Shown here: piece after piece, positions 26,896 through 39,614 of the stretch
How the letters are laid out: each line of letters starts with the position of its first letter
Numbering within the stretch: position 1 is the stretch's first letter
Assembly (NCBI RefSeq): GCF_006345805.1
Contig: NC_043006.1
Span: forward strand, 67,394,001 to 67,458,000
Source: Octopus sinensis
Lineage: Eukaryota
Length of the DNA stretch: 64,000 nt
Direction: 5' to 3'
Program-made: the position numbers and the translations under genes
Notes under the pieces: generated by a model
Told to the model about the DNA's origin: nothing
What the model saw: only the letters and a program-made list of their open reading frames with translations
Database searches by the model: none

Positions 26896-28083
26896 CGAAA
26901 CGTGCTTCTCGGCAACATAGATTAATAATGGTCGTATGCAAGAAACAAACAAATGTTCACGCTCTTAAAACGGTGTCCTTTCACAACTGCAAGAAAAGCT
27001 GAATGCTAGGTTTGGTGGCTTTGTTTCTTTCTATTCATTTTTATTCATTTTTATTTTTATATTTTGCTTACGTTTACTGTATTTTCTTTTTCAACATTCT
27101 CTTCTTCCTAATAAATAATCGTTCAGGTTATTTTGAAATTCAGGCTGTTTATTACTGTCATATATGTATATATGTAATTACATATATATATATATATGTA
27201 TTTATGTATGTATGTATGTATGTATGTATGTATGTATGTATGTATGTATGTATATATGAATGTGTGTGTGTGTATAATCATATAAGAGTATATGTATATA
27301 TATATACACATATATATATATGTATATGTATACAAGTATGTACGCATATGTGTATAAGTATTACTGAGAGAGAGAGAGAGAGGCAGGCTGACAAACAGAC
27401 AAAGAGACAGACAGACAGACGGAAAGTGACAGGAGAGTAATTATGGTGGACTATGTACTGCAATCTCTAGGAAACAGAGAACTTAATACATTCGTAGAAT
27501 AAAGAATTTACTGTGAGAGTTATTAGGTTCAAATCCCAGTCACCGCCTATTCTCGCAACATGCATATGCGTGTGTGTATGTGTATGCGAGTGTTCATGTG
27601 CGTGTGTGTGTGTGTGTACACACACACACCACATATATAGATATCATTAAGAATGGAATGTACGATTTTCTTATGCCCCAAGTTTGACAGTTGTTAACTC
27701 CTAATGTTTTATCCTGACAATTCTTTGTTTTACAACATTGAAAGGTCACATCATCACTTTTCGAAATGCAATTCATGGGGTATGATTATATTGTGAGTTT
27801 TCTCTTGTAAATCAATTTCCCTATATTAGACTTAGTCAAGAACCATTAGTCGAATCGAAGATGTAGTAGAAGTCACTTGCCGAAGGTGCCGTATAGTGGG
27901 ATTAAATGCGAGACGGCATCGGTGCAAAACGAGCTTCTTAACTACACAGCCATGACTGTGCCTATTATATATATATATATTATGTTTATTCCATCTTTTT
28001 TCTCAGTATTTCCCAATATTTCTGTAACTTTCAGTGTGTGAAATTTCCAACTCTGTCGTGTGTGTGTGTGTGTGTGCGTGTGT

Positions 28084-28129
<46 letters not shown>

Positions 28130-28667
28130 TCTTGCTTGACATATTCTGGAAGCCATAGTTCACGTGATTAAGCATCTGTTACCAAATCCTACGGAGTCTG
28201 AGGTTACTTAAAGTATTCTGCTTTATTGCTATATCTGTAGTTTCTAATGAGATCGTTTCTTTTTGTGACTCAATAAAAATTACTCAGTCTCAACTTTGAA
28301 CACTACTTCCCCACCCACTGTCCCCGCTTGTCTTTCTATGCGTCTCTAATGAACACCCTTCTCATTAGTATCGGCAATTTTGGGGATTTTTTTTTTTTTG
28401 CTATATCATTCGTAGTCCCGTTTTCGGTTCAGTTTTAAACTTTCATTCCAACTTCTCTCGTTATCTCTCGTTAATCCGCGTACCTCAACTGTTACCTCAA
28501 CTTTTAATTCACAATATTATAATTTCTTTAAGCAGAAAACAGTTTTCTATTTGCTCTATAGCTATTTATAAAAATTCTTCATAATTCTTCACGCGTTTAT
28601 ATATATATACATATATACATTACCGGAGATATTCTTGTTGCTTAGTTGATTATATATATACATATAT

Positions 28668-28761
<94 letters not shown>

Positions 28762-30339
28762 GACAGTAAATATTCAGAATACTTTTTTTACTTGCATCAA
28801 ACTCTCCTAGCACTAAATCCGCAGTAAATATAATCTTCCTATATCCGAATTTGGATGATATATTGTAAATCCAGACATTACTTTTTCACGTTTTCCTGTC
28901 TCGTCATAATTCTCTTAGCGTCCAGTTGAGAATATACACACACGCGTGCATCGTTACATACATACATATTTATATGTGTGTCTAACTTCTACAGCGAGAA
29001 TAATGAAGCCTATTGCCTCATTTGTTATATTTAACTATGCTTTCAGTATTAATCATGTGCAGCTATAATATTCCTTCACAATAATTGTCTTTTTATTTGT
29101 GTATGTTGCACTTATTTTAGTATTTTGTGTGTGCTGCCTTTCATTGATTCCAAAATATTTGTATGTCTGTGTTTAATCTAATTCTTTTATCTTTGTTTCT
29201 GTATCTTAAATAAGACTAGTGTTCTAAATTAATTTCCCTCTCTTCAGGGTTATCTTGGCGCATTTTTCTAATTCGTATAAGATAACAATTCTTTAAGTAA
29301 ATGCGTGTAATGTCTGCAGTAATATTTGTAGTTATTTGTTGATCATCTGCAGCATACACATTGAGGTCGTCCATACACAAAACATGGCTGAGTGTCTTAT
29401 GATATTATTTGTATCTATATCCTGTCTCATTTACTTTGTTCATTAAAAGTTAACACCTTTAACGGCTGGGAATTGGTTGAGTCGTTGGAACAGTTCACAG
29501 AATTCCTCCGAGTATTTTTTTTTTTTGTTTTTTTTTATTTTCCTGCGTCCTCAGTTCAAATCCCGTCGAGGTCATCTTTGCGCTTTATTCTTTCGAAGTC
29601 GATAAAAAGAGTTTCGATCGACGACGATGGATGACGGAACTATTAAGAGGCTTTAGGAGATGTTTCGATGCATCTATTCCGGCTCTTTAACATTATGACA
29701 GCAAAACCTTAAATGACACTGATATCCAACAGTATCAGCCCCAGTCGGCAGCTTTTATAGAGAGGGAAGACTCGCATGTATTATCAACTCGTAGACCTCC
29801 TTAAAAAAGTTTTGCCCAGGCGTGCTCATACATGTGTAAAGCTGTGGTCATGCTAGACCAGTGTTTCTCAATCAGGGTCCATGTGACCCTTGTGGGGATC
29901 CATAAAAGATCGACCCCAGTATGCAACATTTCGGCGAGCTCGCCGACTTATCATTGGAATATGTTATTGCAGTTAAGACTGTAACTTGTAGGCTATGCGA
30001 ATTATGGCGTCATAGTTTTTACGGGATTAGTCATCACTTTCGATATGCCATTCAGTATTCAATGTTTGCGGTTTCTGGGTCTTTTGATGATTGCTTAGTT
30101 GTTCTTGTGCAAAAAAATCCCTCCTTTGCAGGCCAACGGGTTCTTATGCCGACTGCCAATTTACAAGGGCGAAAACAAAACAACACCGGTTGTCAAGTTT
30201 TGCGGAGTACAAACACAGTACACACACACACACATACATACATATTTACATGCATACATACATACATACATACATACATACATACATACATACATACATA
30301 CATACATACATACATACATACATGCGTATGTAAATATAG

Positions 30340-30500
30340 ATATTTATACGACGGCCTTCTTTCAGTTTCCGTTTTCCAAATCCACCCACGAAGCTCTGTT
30401 CGACCCAAAGCTATTGTAGAAGACACTAACTCAAGGTGCCACATAGAGGGACTGAACCCAGAAACATGTGATTGGAAAGCCAAGTTCTCGCCACAAAGCC
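30340..30500 (-). mobile_element. SINE family A, 5' half
   Basis: Reverse of ggcaccttgagttagtgtcttctacaatagc...ggaaactgaaagaaggccgtcg; ends in a (CATA)n tract. Confidence 0.75.
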
Positions 30501-30907
30501 ACGAAGAAATTTCAATTTCAAAGCAATAATGTGTTTATGACGTGGATGACCACTACGTTGGAACAGGTGTAGTTATGATGAAAACGACAGGCATTTCAAC
30601 TGAAGAATCCCGAAATAATTTCAATTTTTGAAGCTGGAAATCATGTCCAAAACACGGACCAATACAGTTACAGCCGAACTCAAACGTAAAAAGACGAATA
30701 AATACGGCAAAGCATTTCTATTGACCATTCTGAAAATTCTATTACTCTAAATTTGAGAACTGGTGCCTTATTCGATCAACTCCGGAAAGATTAAATACTA
30801 AGTTGTCTTTAGCAGTATTTGAACTCGAAACGTAAAGAGAATAAAATTAGTGAGAAGTAATTATTCCGAAGCCCCAGCAATTTCAGTATTCCACTTTCTC
30901 CTCGAGT

Positions 30908-31175
30908 GGAAGCACATGACCTAGTGGTTAGAGCAGCGGACTCAGACCGGGCAATGTGTCTGTTTATGAACGAAACACCTAAGCTCCACGCGGCTCCGGC
31001 AGAAGGTAATGGCAAAAGTTGTAGCGAAAGAGTCTCTACTAACTCTTTCGCTACAACTTTCACTCTTTCCTTGTGCATCTAGCAGCTCGCCTGCAAGGGA
31101 CCGACGGCCCACACAAGTGGGGAATCTATACGTCAATGAAACCGGGAAACTGGCCCTTATGAGTCAGGCATGGCT
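30908..31175 (+). mobile_element. SINE family C, internally deleted, containing a perfect 19-bp hairpin
   Basis: Head ggaagcacatgacctagtggttagagcagcggactc is homologous to the head at 31299. Confidence 0.75.
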
Positions 31176-31298
31176 CATTAAATTCTTGTAACAATTAGAT
31201 TTTAAATTTTCGCAAATACCTTCTAGCCAAAATCATGAGAATCGATATAAATAAAAAAGAAAATAAATCATTTGAATACAGTTTATCTTTTTCCGAGT

Positions 31299-31698
31299 GG
31301 AGGCGCAATGGCCCAGTGGTTAGGGCAGCGGACTCGCGTTCGTAAGATCGCGGTTTCGATTCCTAGACCGGACGTTGTGAGGGTTTATTGAGCGAAAACA
31401 CCTAAAGCGCCACAAGGCTCCGGCAGGGTTGGTGGTGGTGGTGGTGGTGGTGGTGGTGGTGGTGGTGGCGGCGAACCTTGCTCTGCCCTTTCACCACAAC
31501 TTTCTCTCACTCTTTCTTCCTGTTTCTGTTGTACCTGTATTTCAAAGGGCCAGCCTTGTCACACTCTGTGTCACGCTGAATCTCTCCGATAACTACGTTA
31601 AGGGTAAACGTGTCTGTGGAGTGCTCAGCCACTTTCACATTAACTTCACGGGCAGGCTGTTCCGTTGATCAGATCAACTGGAACCCTCGTCGTCGTAA
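31299..31698 (+). mobile_element. SINE family C, full length, internal (GGT)n
   Basis: A box tggcccagtggttagg and B box ggtttcgattcc; tail caggctgttccgttgatcagatcaactggaaccctcgtcgtcgtaac is shared with 50866-51180. Confidence 0.85.
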
Positions 31699-31922
31699 CA
31701 GTTCGGTAAAAGATCCGGTAGAATAAGAACCAGTCTTTAAACAAAATAAGTATAGACATCTATTTGTTCGACTAAATGACTTCAAGACATGACCGCAGTC
31801 CAAAGATGGTAACAAGTAAGCGCAACAGGTAGCACATTTCCGAAATGAAACAATCCAATTCCAAGCAACTTTAAATATAAACAAAACTAAGCAATTTCTG
31901 CTACGACACCACATTGCGATAT

Positions 31923-32164
31923 TTATTTCTTCCAGTAAGCGATTTCGCATTCGTTTCTAAAATAATCCAGTTTTGTCAAATCTATAACTTCTTCATCAGC
32001 ATCACCAACATGTTCAGTAGAATATCTATTTACGTCACTATCATCTGCACATACAGTTTCTATTGTAATTTTAGCCTTATGGATTTCAGATAGCTTAACT
32101 TTAAACCCTGCAGGACCTTCCAGAAAACACTTCGGAAATTTCTTCGGAAATTTTCTGTGAATTC
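31923..32164 (-). CDS. Candidate terminal exon (80 codons) of an unidentified gene
   Basis: Longest non-repetitive ORF in the window (31923-32249). Acceptor cttatacctttttgcag|GA is followed by IHRKFPKKFPKCFLEG...DYFRNECEIAYWKK*. No family recognised. Confidence 0.25.
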
Positions 32165-32739
32165 CTGCAAAAAGGTATAAGTACCGTGTGCCAGATTGAT
32201 TCGAATACTTATATACCGTATTATGATGGCAAACTATGAACTGTTTCATGTAATGCGTTTCAATAACATCGGGCTATAGCTGCATAGTCAGTTATCTGAA
32301 GTAAGTGGTATAAGTTTGTACAATTTAACAGCAACTCTCTGAAACTGAAGTAGTCTACTGTACTTGAATATCTATATACGATTAATGATTTCCAGTTCGT
32401 CACATGTACACTCGCTTATAGGGCTTGATGTCTAGATATCAATTTCTATTATATCTACAATTTATTATTAGTGCTTGGCTTTGTTTAAGAGTAACATCTT
32501 TTGTTTTTATTACAGTTCGTGATTTTCAGTTTTTTTTTCAAGCCATATCGACATCCCATAGGGTATAAGACCGTGAAATCCTAGAAGCGTTGATGTTAAT
32601 GTAGATGTCTTTCTCTCAGAACAATTATGTTGCGAGATACGGCGATTATAAATCCATTACAAGAAGACCACAAATATACAATAACGAAAGGAAAGCAAGT
32701 CTGCACAACACAACCATTGATGCTTAATCACGTACAAAC

Positions 32740-33020
32740 ACGCGTGCGCACACATACATGGGTACACACATACGCACACACACACACACGTATGTATGTA
32801 TATGTGTGGGGGGCTGTGTATGGGGTGTACGTATGTGCATATTTGAGGGGGGTCTGTACCTTTGAGTATGTGTATGCGTGTATATAGATGCAACTGTACA
32901 AACACGCCCACACAATAACACATACACGTGCAAATACATATATATATATACTAAATATGGATATCACATCTTTATATGTGTCTCTCTCTCTTTTTCTCTC
33001 TGTATATATATATAATATAG

Positions 33021-33065
<45 letters not shown>

Positions 33066-33297
33066 TATTACAAATATGTATACATACATATAAACATATA
33101 TATACACATACATATATATATATATATACATACATACATACATACATACATACATACATACATACATACCTACACGTACACATACAAAATATAAAGACAA
33201 AATTGCACAATAGCAGAAACGTACATATGCGCCGATACAGACACATCGATACACGCACATCCAAAAGTACACGCACATGCACACATATGCAAAGTGT

Positions 33298-33329
<32 letters not shown>

Positions 33330-33750
33330 AACTGAATGAAAGAAAGTGGGGAAGAAAGAAAGAAAGAAAGAAAGAGAAAGAAAGAAGGAAGGAGGAAGGA
33401 AAGAAGGAAGGAAGGAAGGAAGGAAGGAAGGAAGGAAGGAAGGAAGGAAGGAAGGAAGGAGGAATGAGAGACAATTGGGATATTTAATAATCTTTTAGGA
33501 TATCTATTCTATGTCCATCGTATCCATTTAAATTACTTATCTATTCCTGTCTGTCTGCCTCTTTTTCAGACTGTCTGTCTGTGCGTCTATTTATTCTATG
33601 TATCAATTTATCTATCAATCTATCGATCAATCTGTCTGCCTTGTCGGTATGGCTGATGCCACTAAATACGGGGATAAATATAACATTATTTATGGTAGCT
33701 TACGAGGTACATGAGTACAAACGAATATATATACACACACACAAACACAT

Positions 33751-33795
<45 letters not shown>

Positions 33796-33981
33796 TATAT
33801 ACACACACGCCACAAACACACACGCACATATATGTATATATGTAAATATGCTTATATATGTATACAAATATGTATACGTATGAATATATATGTATATGAA
33901 TATATATATGCATATATATAATATATAGTATGTATGTATGTATGTATATATAGCTGTATCTATAGATATATGTATTGAGTA

Positions 33982-34070
<89 letters not shown>

Positions 34071-34090
34071 TATATATATATATATATATA
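32740..34090. repeat. (CA)n/(TA)n/(CATA)n/(AAAG)n/(AAGG)n field
   Basis: Seen directly. Confidence 0.9.
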
Positions 34091-34096
34091 TAAGAA

Positions 34097-34325
34097 GGGT
34101 GGCGAGCTGGCGGAATCGTTAGTACGCGGGCGAAATACTTAGTGGTATTTCGTCTACCGTTACGTTCTGAGTTCAAATTCAGCCAAGGTAGACTTTGCTT
34201 GTTATCCTTTCGGGGTCGATAAATTGAATACCAGTTACGCACGGGGGTCGATGTAATCGACTTAATCCACATTGTCTGTCCTTGTTTGTCCTCTCTGTGT
34301 GTAGTCCCCTGTGGCCAACGAAGAA
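34097..34325 (+). mobile_element. SINE family B, full length
   Basis: gggtggcgagctggcggaatcgttagtacgcgggcgaaa...ttctgagttcaaatt...cctttcggggtcgataaatt. Confidence 0.88.
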
Positions 34326-34796
34326 ACATACATGCATGCATGCATACATGCATACACATCATACACACACACACCCACATACATACATACACATACATAC
34401 ATCATACATACATACTCAATAAATTGTGTACATTAAGCACAAGAGAAACTACCATAACAGGTAATTTTTACAGCTAAGAAGCAGTCAAAACTACAAACCA
34501 CGTACTGATACATTCGCCTACAAATTATTTTACTGATACATCTGAAACTACATAACGTACAATAACAAGGTAAAATTTTTGTTCATTCCCTTCGATTCCT
34601 CTAAATGTGGTTTTGGTCGTTTTGACGCTTCTTCTAGCGTGTAAAAATTACCTCTCAACGGTAGTTTTTTCTTGTGTGTTTAAATGTAAACTATTTATAT
34701 ATTGAATAGTTGCTAACTTTTATACATGCTAGGCCACTAGTAGGGAAATTTCTAAAAATATTAGCATCATAATTTTACGATATATTATATATATAT

Positions 34797-34845
<49 letters not shown>

Positions 34846-34852
<7 letters not shown>

Positions 34853-35525
34853 AAGTTGCGCCATACTAGGCTTCTTAAAAATAAGAAAAAAGCTGTCCTT
34901 TTAGCTCCATGAGGCCATCGCCTTAAGTATTTGATACACAAACTGTATCCATACCTTCGAACAAGGAGTCAGTCGCTCCACACTATTGACCGGCAGCTAC
35001 AGACTCGTTTCGGAGTATTGCCCTTTTCAATGCAGCGTAGCAAGTAGGTTCGCCTTCCGACATCTCTGTTCGATGGTTTTATTTACTAGTTTCGTGGAAT
35101 CATCCACTTGTTTTAATAATAGAAATATTAAAATAACTAAGTCTCTCTAAAGAGAACAGCGGCAGCGTTCTCTTTTATTTTCCGGAACGCTTAGCTGTTC
35201 TCTTTAGAGAGCTTAGTTATAATATTTCTATTATTAAAACAAGTGGTGTATTCCACCGAAACTATGTAAATAAACCATCGAAGAGATGGTCGGAAGCGAC
35301 ACCTACTGCTGGCACGCTCATTGAAAAAGGGGCAATACTCCGAGCGTCATGCGGTCAGTAGGTGGAACGACTGACTCCCTTGTTCGAGGTTATATGGATA
35401 TTTGTATCAAATACTAACTTAAGCGATGGCCTAGCTAATAAGCGGACAGCTTTTTTCTTATATATATGCCATATAGTATGGCGATACCTATTATTTTCGG
35501 ATTTCTAGAGAGACTAGTATTTTAA
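34846..35525. mobile_element. HHR family B element as an imperfect palindrome (head-to-head about 300-nt units) between (TA)n arrays
   Basis: 34846-35165 is the reverse complement of 35190-35490 with many small indels; 35495-35525 starts a further unit (repeat of 35203-35232). Confidence 0.8.
34996..35036 (-). ncRNA. Minimal type I hammerhead ribozyme, U3-A8 variant
   Basis: GCUGCA UUGAAAA GGG-CAAUAC-UCC GAAA CGA GUC^ UGUAGC. Stem I is 6 bp, stem II is 3 bp, stem III is A-U/C-G with a GA loop. Predicted cut between 35002 and 35001. Confidence 0.7.
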
Positions 35526-35579
<54 letters not shown>

Positions 35580-35581
<2 letters not shown>

Positions 35582-37011
35582 TAGGAACGCAAGCAAACCA
35601 CAAATCCCCTCAGGTAGATGGCCCTGCCCGGTCGTGTTGGAAGGCGTAGGTAGAAACTCTATAAGATGTACCCGGTGTAAGCTATGGACACATAAGAGGT
35701 GCAGCAATATCAAAGGAAGGCTTACTGGGAAGATAGCTTTTGAGTATGGAAAAGTGCTCAGCGGCAAAAAAACACTGAAAATGTGCAGAAAAAAGTTTCC
35801 GTCACATTCCAGGGGGAAAAACTACAAGTAGTTGATAGCTTCCGTTCCCTAGGTGGCCAAGCCAGTAGCGTGGGTGGATGCTCTGAGAGTGTAGCTGCTA
35901 GAATAATAATAGCCTGGGCAATGTTCAGAGAACTCCTACCTCTGCTGGTGACAAAGGGCCTCTCGCTCAAAGTAAAAAGTACACTGTATGTCGCATGTAT
36001 GCAAACAGCCATGCTATATGGCAGTGAAACATGGGTCGTGACTGCTGAGAACATGCGTAAGCTTGCATGGAATAAAGCTAGTATGCTCCGCTGGCTGTGT
36101 AATGTCAGTGTGCATACAGGACAGAGTATAAGGGCACTGAGAGAAAAGTTGGACATAAGAAGCATCAGATGTAGTGTGCAAGAGAGACGTCTGTGCTGGT
36201 ATGGTCATGTGCTACGTATGGATGCGGACAGCTGCGTGACAAAGAGTCACGCCTTAGCAGTAGAGTGAACCTGTAGAAGAGGTAGACCCAGGAGGACCTG
36301 GGATGAGATGGTGAAGCACAGCCTTCGAACGTTGGGCCTCACCGAGGCGATGACAAGGGACCGAGACCTTTAGAGATATGCTGTGCTTAAGAAGATCCGG
36401 CATGCTAAGTGAGACCGTAACCGTGGCCTATGCCGGTGCTGCATAACTAGCCCATTTAAGAGTACCCTACAATCATTGGGCAATAAATTGCGCTCGCGTA
36501 GACCTGTTGAGGCAAGTGAAGTCATTGTCGTGACCGATGACATGTACCACCTGAATGGCACCCGTGCCGGTGGCACCTAAAAGGCACCATTCGAGCATGG
36601 TCGATGCTAGTGCTACCTGACTGGTCCCGTGCCGCTGGCGCATAAAAAGTACCATTCAAGCGTGGTTGATGCAGTACAGCCTGTCTGGCCCTCATGCCGG
36701 TGGTACGTAAAAAGCACCGTTCGAGCGTAGTCGATGTCAGAGCCGCCTGACTGGTCCCATATCGGTGGCACGTAAAGAGCACCATTCAAGCAAGGTCGAT
36801 GGCAGTACAACCTGACTGGCCCTCATGCCGGTGGCATGTAAAAAGCATCCATCACACTCTCGGAGTGGTTGGCATTAAGAAGGGCATCCAGCTGTAGAAA
36901 CTTTGCCAGATTGGATTGGAGTGTGGTGCAGCCTCCTGGCTTTCCAGCCCTCAGTCAAACCCGTCCAAACCATGCCGGCATGGATAACGGACGATGATGA
37001 TGATGATGATG

Positions 37012-37015
<4 letters not shown>
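35580..37015 (+). mobile_element. RTE-clade LINE, 5'-truncated, with a Cys-rich (PHD-like) insert, about 63-bp 3' repeats and (GAT)n tail
   Basis: GVGRNSIRCTRCKLWTHKRCS, AMLYGSETW, QERRLCWYGHVLRM and RGRPRRTW are present; tail ttggcattaagaagggcatccagctgtagaaa...gatgatgatgat. Confidence 0.9.
36530..36850 (+). repeat. About 63-bp tandem repeat (about 5 units) in the RTE 3' UTR
   Basis: Units near gtcgatgccagtgccgcctgactggtcccgtgccggtggcacgtaaaaagcaccattcgagcgtg; alternate units share variants (ctggtccc vs ctggccctc). Confidence 0.8.
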
Positions 37016-37049
<34 letters not shown>

Positions 37050-37140
37050 ATATATACAATATTATATATATATATATATATTATGTATGTATTTATGTAT
37101 ATGTTAATATATAATATATATATATATATATTTAATCAAT

Positions 37141-38600
37141 GTATGGTACAAAAACTGTCGTAAAAATTTATCGCTACCAGCGGCCTGGTGGAAAAGAGAA
37201 AATAGTCAAAGACTATATAGATAATATAACAATTTAGGGATGGCTAAACAGACCATTGTCACCACAGCAGAAACCCAACCGCAAGTATGTAATTCGGATA
37301 AGGTGAAATTTAAAACATTTACCCTATTCATCTTTTATACGACAACATCGTTTCGGTGTCTTTAATGATGACAGCTTAATTAAATTAAATTAAGCTATCA
37401 CCATAGGTCACATCTCATCAGTAAAGAACCTGGGAGAGACGGATAATACACGAGGCTACTTATCCATGCTCGGGAATATCTGTCTTAAAATTTCATGACC
37501 AACGCATTCGCTCCAAACTTATCGGCAAACTACCTATGTAGACTAGCTTAATTTAATTAATTAAGCTGGTACTTCATTAAAGACACCGAAACGATGCATC
37601 GTATAAAGGATGAATTAGGGTTAATGTTTTTAAATTTTCACCTTATTTCCGAATTACACTACTTGGCGGTTGGAGTTCTGCTGCTCTTTCTGGTGGACGA
37701 ATGGCCTGTTTAGCCATCCCTAAATTGTTATTTATCTATTTAGTCTTTGCTATTTTCTCTTTCCGCACAGGCCGCTGGTAGCGATAATTTTTACTGAATT
37801 TTTTGCTACCCTAAATTGATTAATGAGATTTCTGACTAATTCTGAGATTGATCGGCAGTTTATATTGCTGCGATAAGTTTGGCGCGAATGCGTTGGTCTT
37901 GAAAATTTAAACGAATACCCGAGGCATTGATACAGAGCCTCGTGTATATCCGTCTCTCCCAGTTTCGTTTACTGATAGAAGTGTGGCCTATGGTAGACTA
38001 CAGCTTAATTTAATTTAATTAAGCTGGTCTATCATAAAGACCCCGAACGATGCATCGTAATAAAGATGAATTAGAGGTACTGTTTTTAAATTTTCACCTT
38101 ATTTCCGAATTACACTACTTGGCTTTTGGAGTTCTGGCTGCTCTTTCGTGGAGACGATGGCCTGTTTTGGATCCCTAAATTGTTTAGTATTATCTATTAG
38201 TCTTTGACTATTTTCTCTTTTCCACCAGCACGCTGGTACGAAAATTTTTACTGAATTTTTTGCTACCCTAATGATAATTGATAATTTTCTGAGAATTCTG
38301 AGATTGAATCGGGCAGTTTATATTTGCGATAATTTGGACGAATCGTTGGTTTGATGACCAGATATTCCCGAGTCATTTGATACAGTGCTCGATATCCGTC
38401 TCTCCCAGGTTGTGTGTGATGTGTGACCTATGGTGACTGTAATTTATGTAATTGTGTCTATCATGACCACCGAACGATGCATCGTATAAAAGCATGATTA
38501 GGGTATGTTTTAACTTTTCACCTGTTTCTGATTCACTTTGGCGGTTGAGTTCCTGGCTGCTCTTTTCTGGTGAAGGCCTGTTTAGGTCCCTAATTGTTAT
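37141..38600. mobile_element. HHR family A array: one inverted partial unit (37141-37530, minus) then about 2.4 tandem plus units of 456 and 427 nt
   Basis: The motif (g)aacgatgcatcgta recurs with GUA at 37601-37603, 38057-38059 and 38484-38486; TA-rich flanks on both sides. Confidence 0.85.
37331..37428 (-). ncRNA. Type I hammerhead ribozyme with long stem II extension
   Basis: UUCUUUA CUGAUGA G...C GAAA CGAUGUUGUC GUA^ UAAAAGA. Stem II carries a 16-bp hairpin AUGGUGAUAGCUUAAU/AUUAAGCUGUCAUCAU. Predicted cut between 37338 and 37337. Confidence 0.75.
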
Positions 38601-39614
38601 ATATATAGATATATTATATTATATATATATATAATATATAATGTATGGGTTGATCCGGGTACACATAAGTAAGGTATCATCATGCAGAGTAAGTAATACT
38701 TATAGGGAAGACTTCTACAGGACTAGTACTTTTTAGTCTAAGACCTTCAGGAACTCAGGCTTCTGAGATTTGCTCCGAATCATCTAGTCCAAAGCTCCTT
38801 CGGCTAGTAAATATATATTATATATAATATATATTTATAATATACATATATGTACACAAACTACAGCATGTATAATGCATATACATATCTTGGTAGAAAC
38901 ACGGAATATACAGACAGATAAAAACGATAGATGAACATACATATACACATAATACCTAATACAACATAATAATACTACCAAAGAGTGTATAATAGTGGTT
39001 GTTTGCATACGTAGATTAGACATACATACATACGAACAACAACAACAACATCATACACTGAGTGTCGTTTATAGTGACGGTCCGGTTTGCAGAAACATTA
39101 CCTGTATCGGCAAATAGTTTGACTAGTCATAGCGGCAAAGAACAAAACGAATGTCTTCATAAGATGTACACAACGAACTTGCGCCTCGAGCGGAAAGATA
39201 AACTAAGAAAGACCACCACTGGTTTCAGTGTGGTTTGTGGGAAGTGGAAACAGACGAGACAGGTAGTCAGAGACCAAGAGGGAGAGAGAGGAAGTGTGGA
39301 TAGAAACTCTGCATTCTTTTAGGCCATTGGAAGTGGGTAAAGAGATTATAGATGTGAGGAGGAGGAGAGAGAGAGAGGAGAGAGAGAAGGTGATCGATGG
39401 ACGGGAAGAATGTCCGATACCCGGTGTCTCGACTCGCGTATGTGTTGTGGTGGAAGGTCTCTATGTTTGGTGTGTGTGTGTCAGTATTTGTGCATCAATA
39501 GAACTACCTGCTGCTTTGTTAAATTGTGCTCTGATAAAGCCGTAGAGTATTACATGATTTTTTCTATGGTAGTGTATATATATATATATAAGAATGAATG
39601 TTTTTATATATAAT

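Noticed and set aside
31299-31375. tRNA gene
   Set aside because: It has A and B boxes but continues into a SINE body; no complete cloverleaf or T-run terminator. The same applies to the other SINE heads.
36530-36850. 63-bp periodic repeat as a CRISPR array or independent satellite
   Set aside because: Whole units are homologous and sit inside the RTE 3' UTR.
38715-38755. Minus ctgaaggtcttagactaaaaagtacta as an HHR relic
   Set aside because: The core is incomplete (no GAAA) and there is no stem I.
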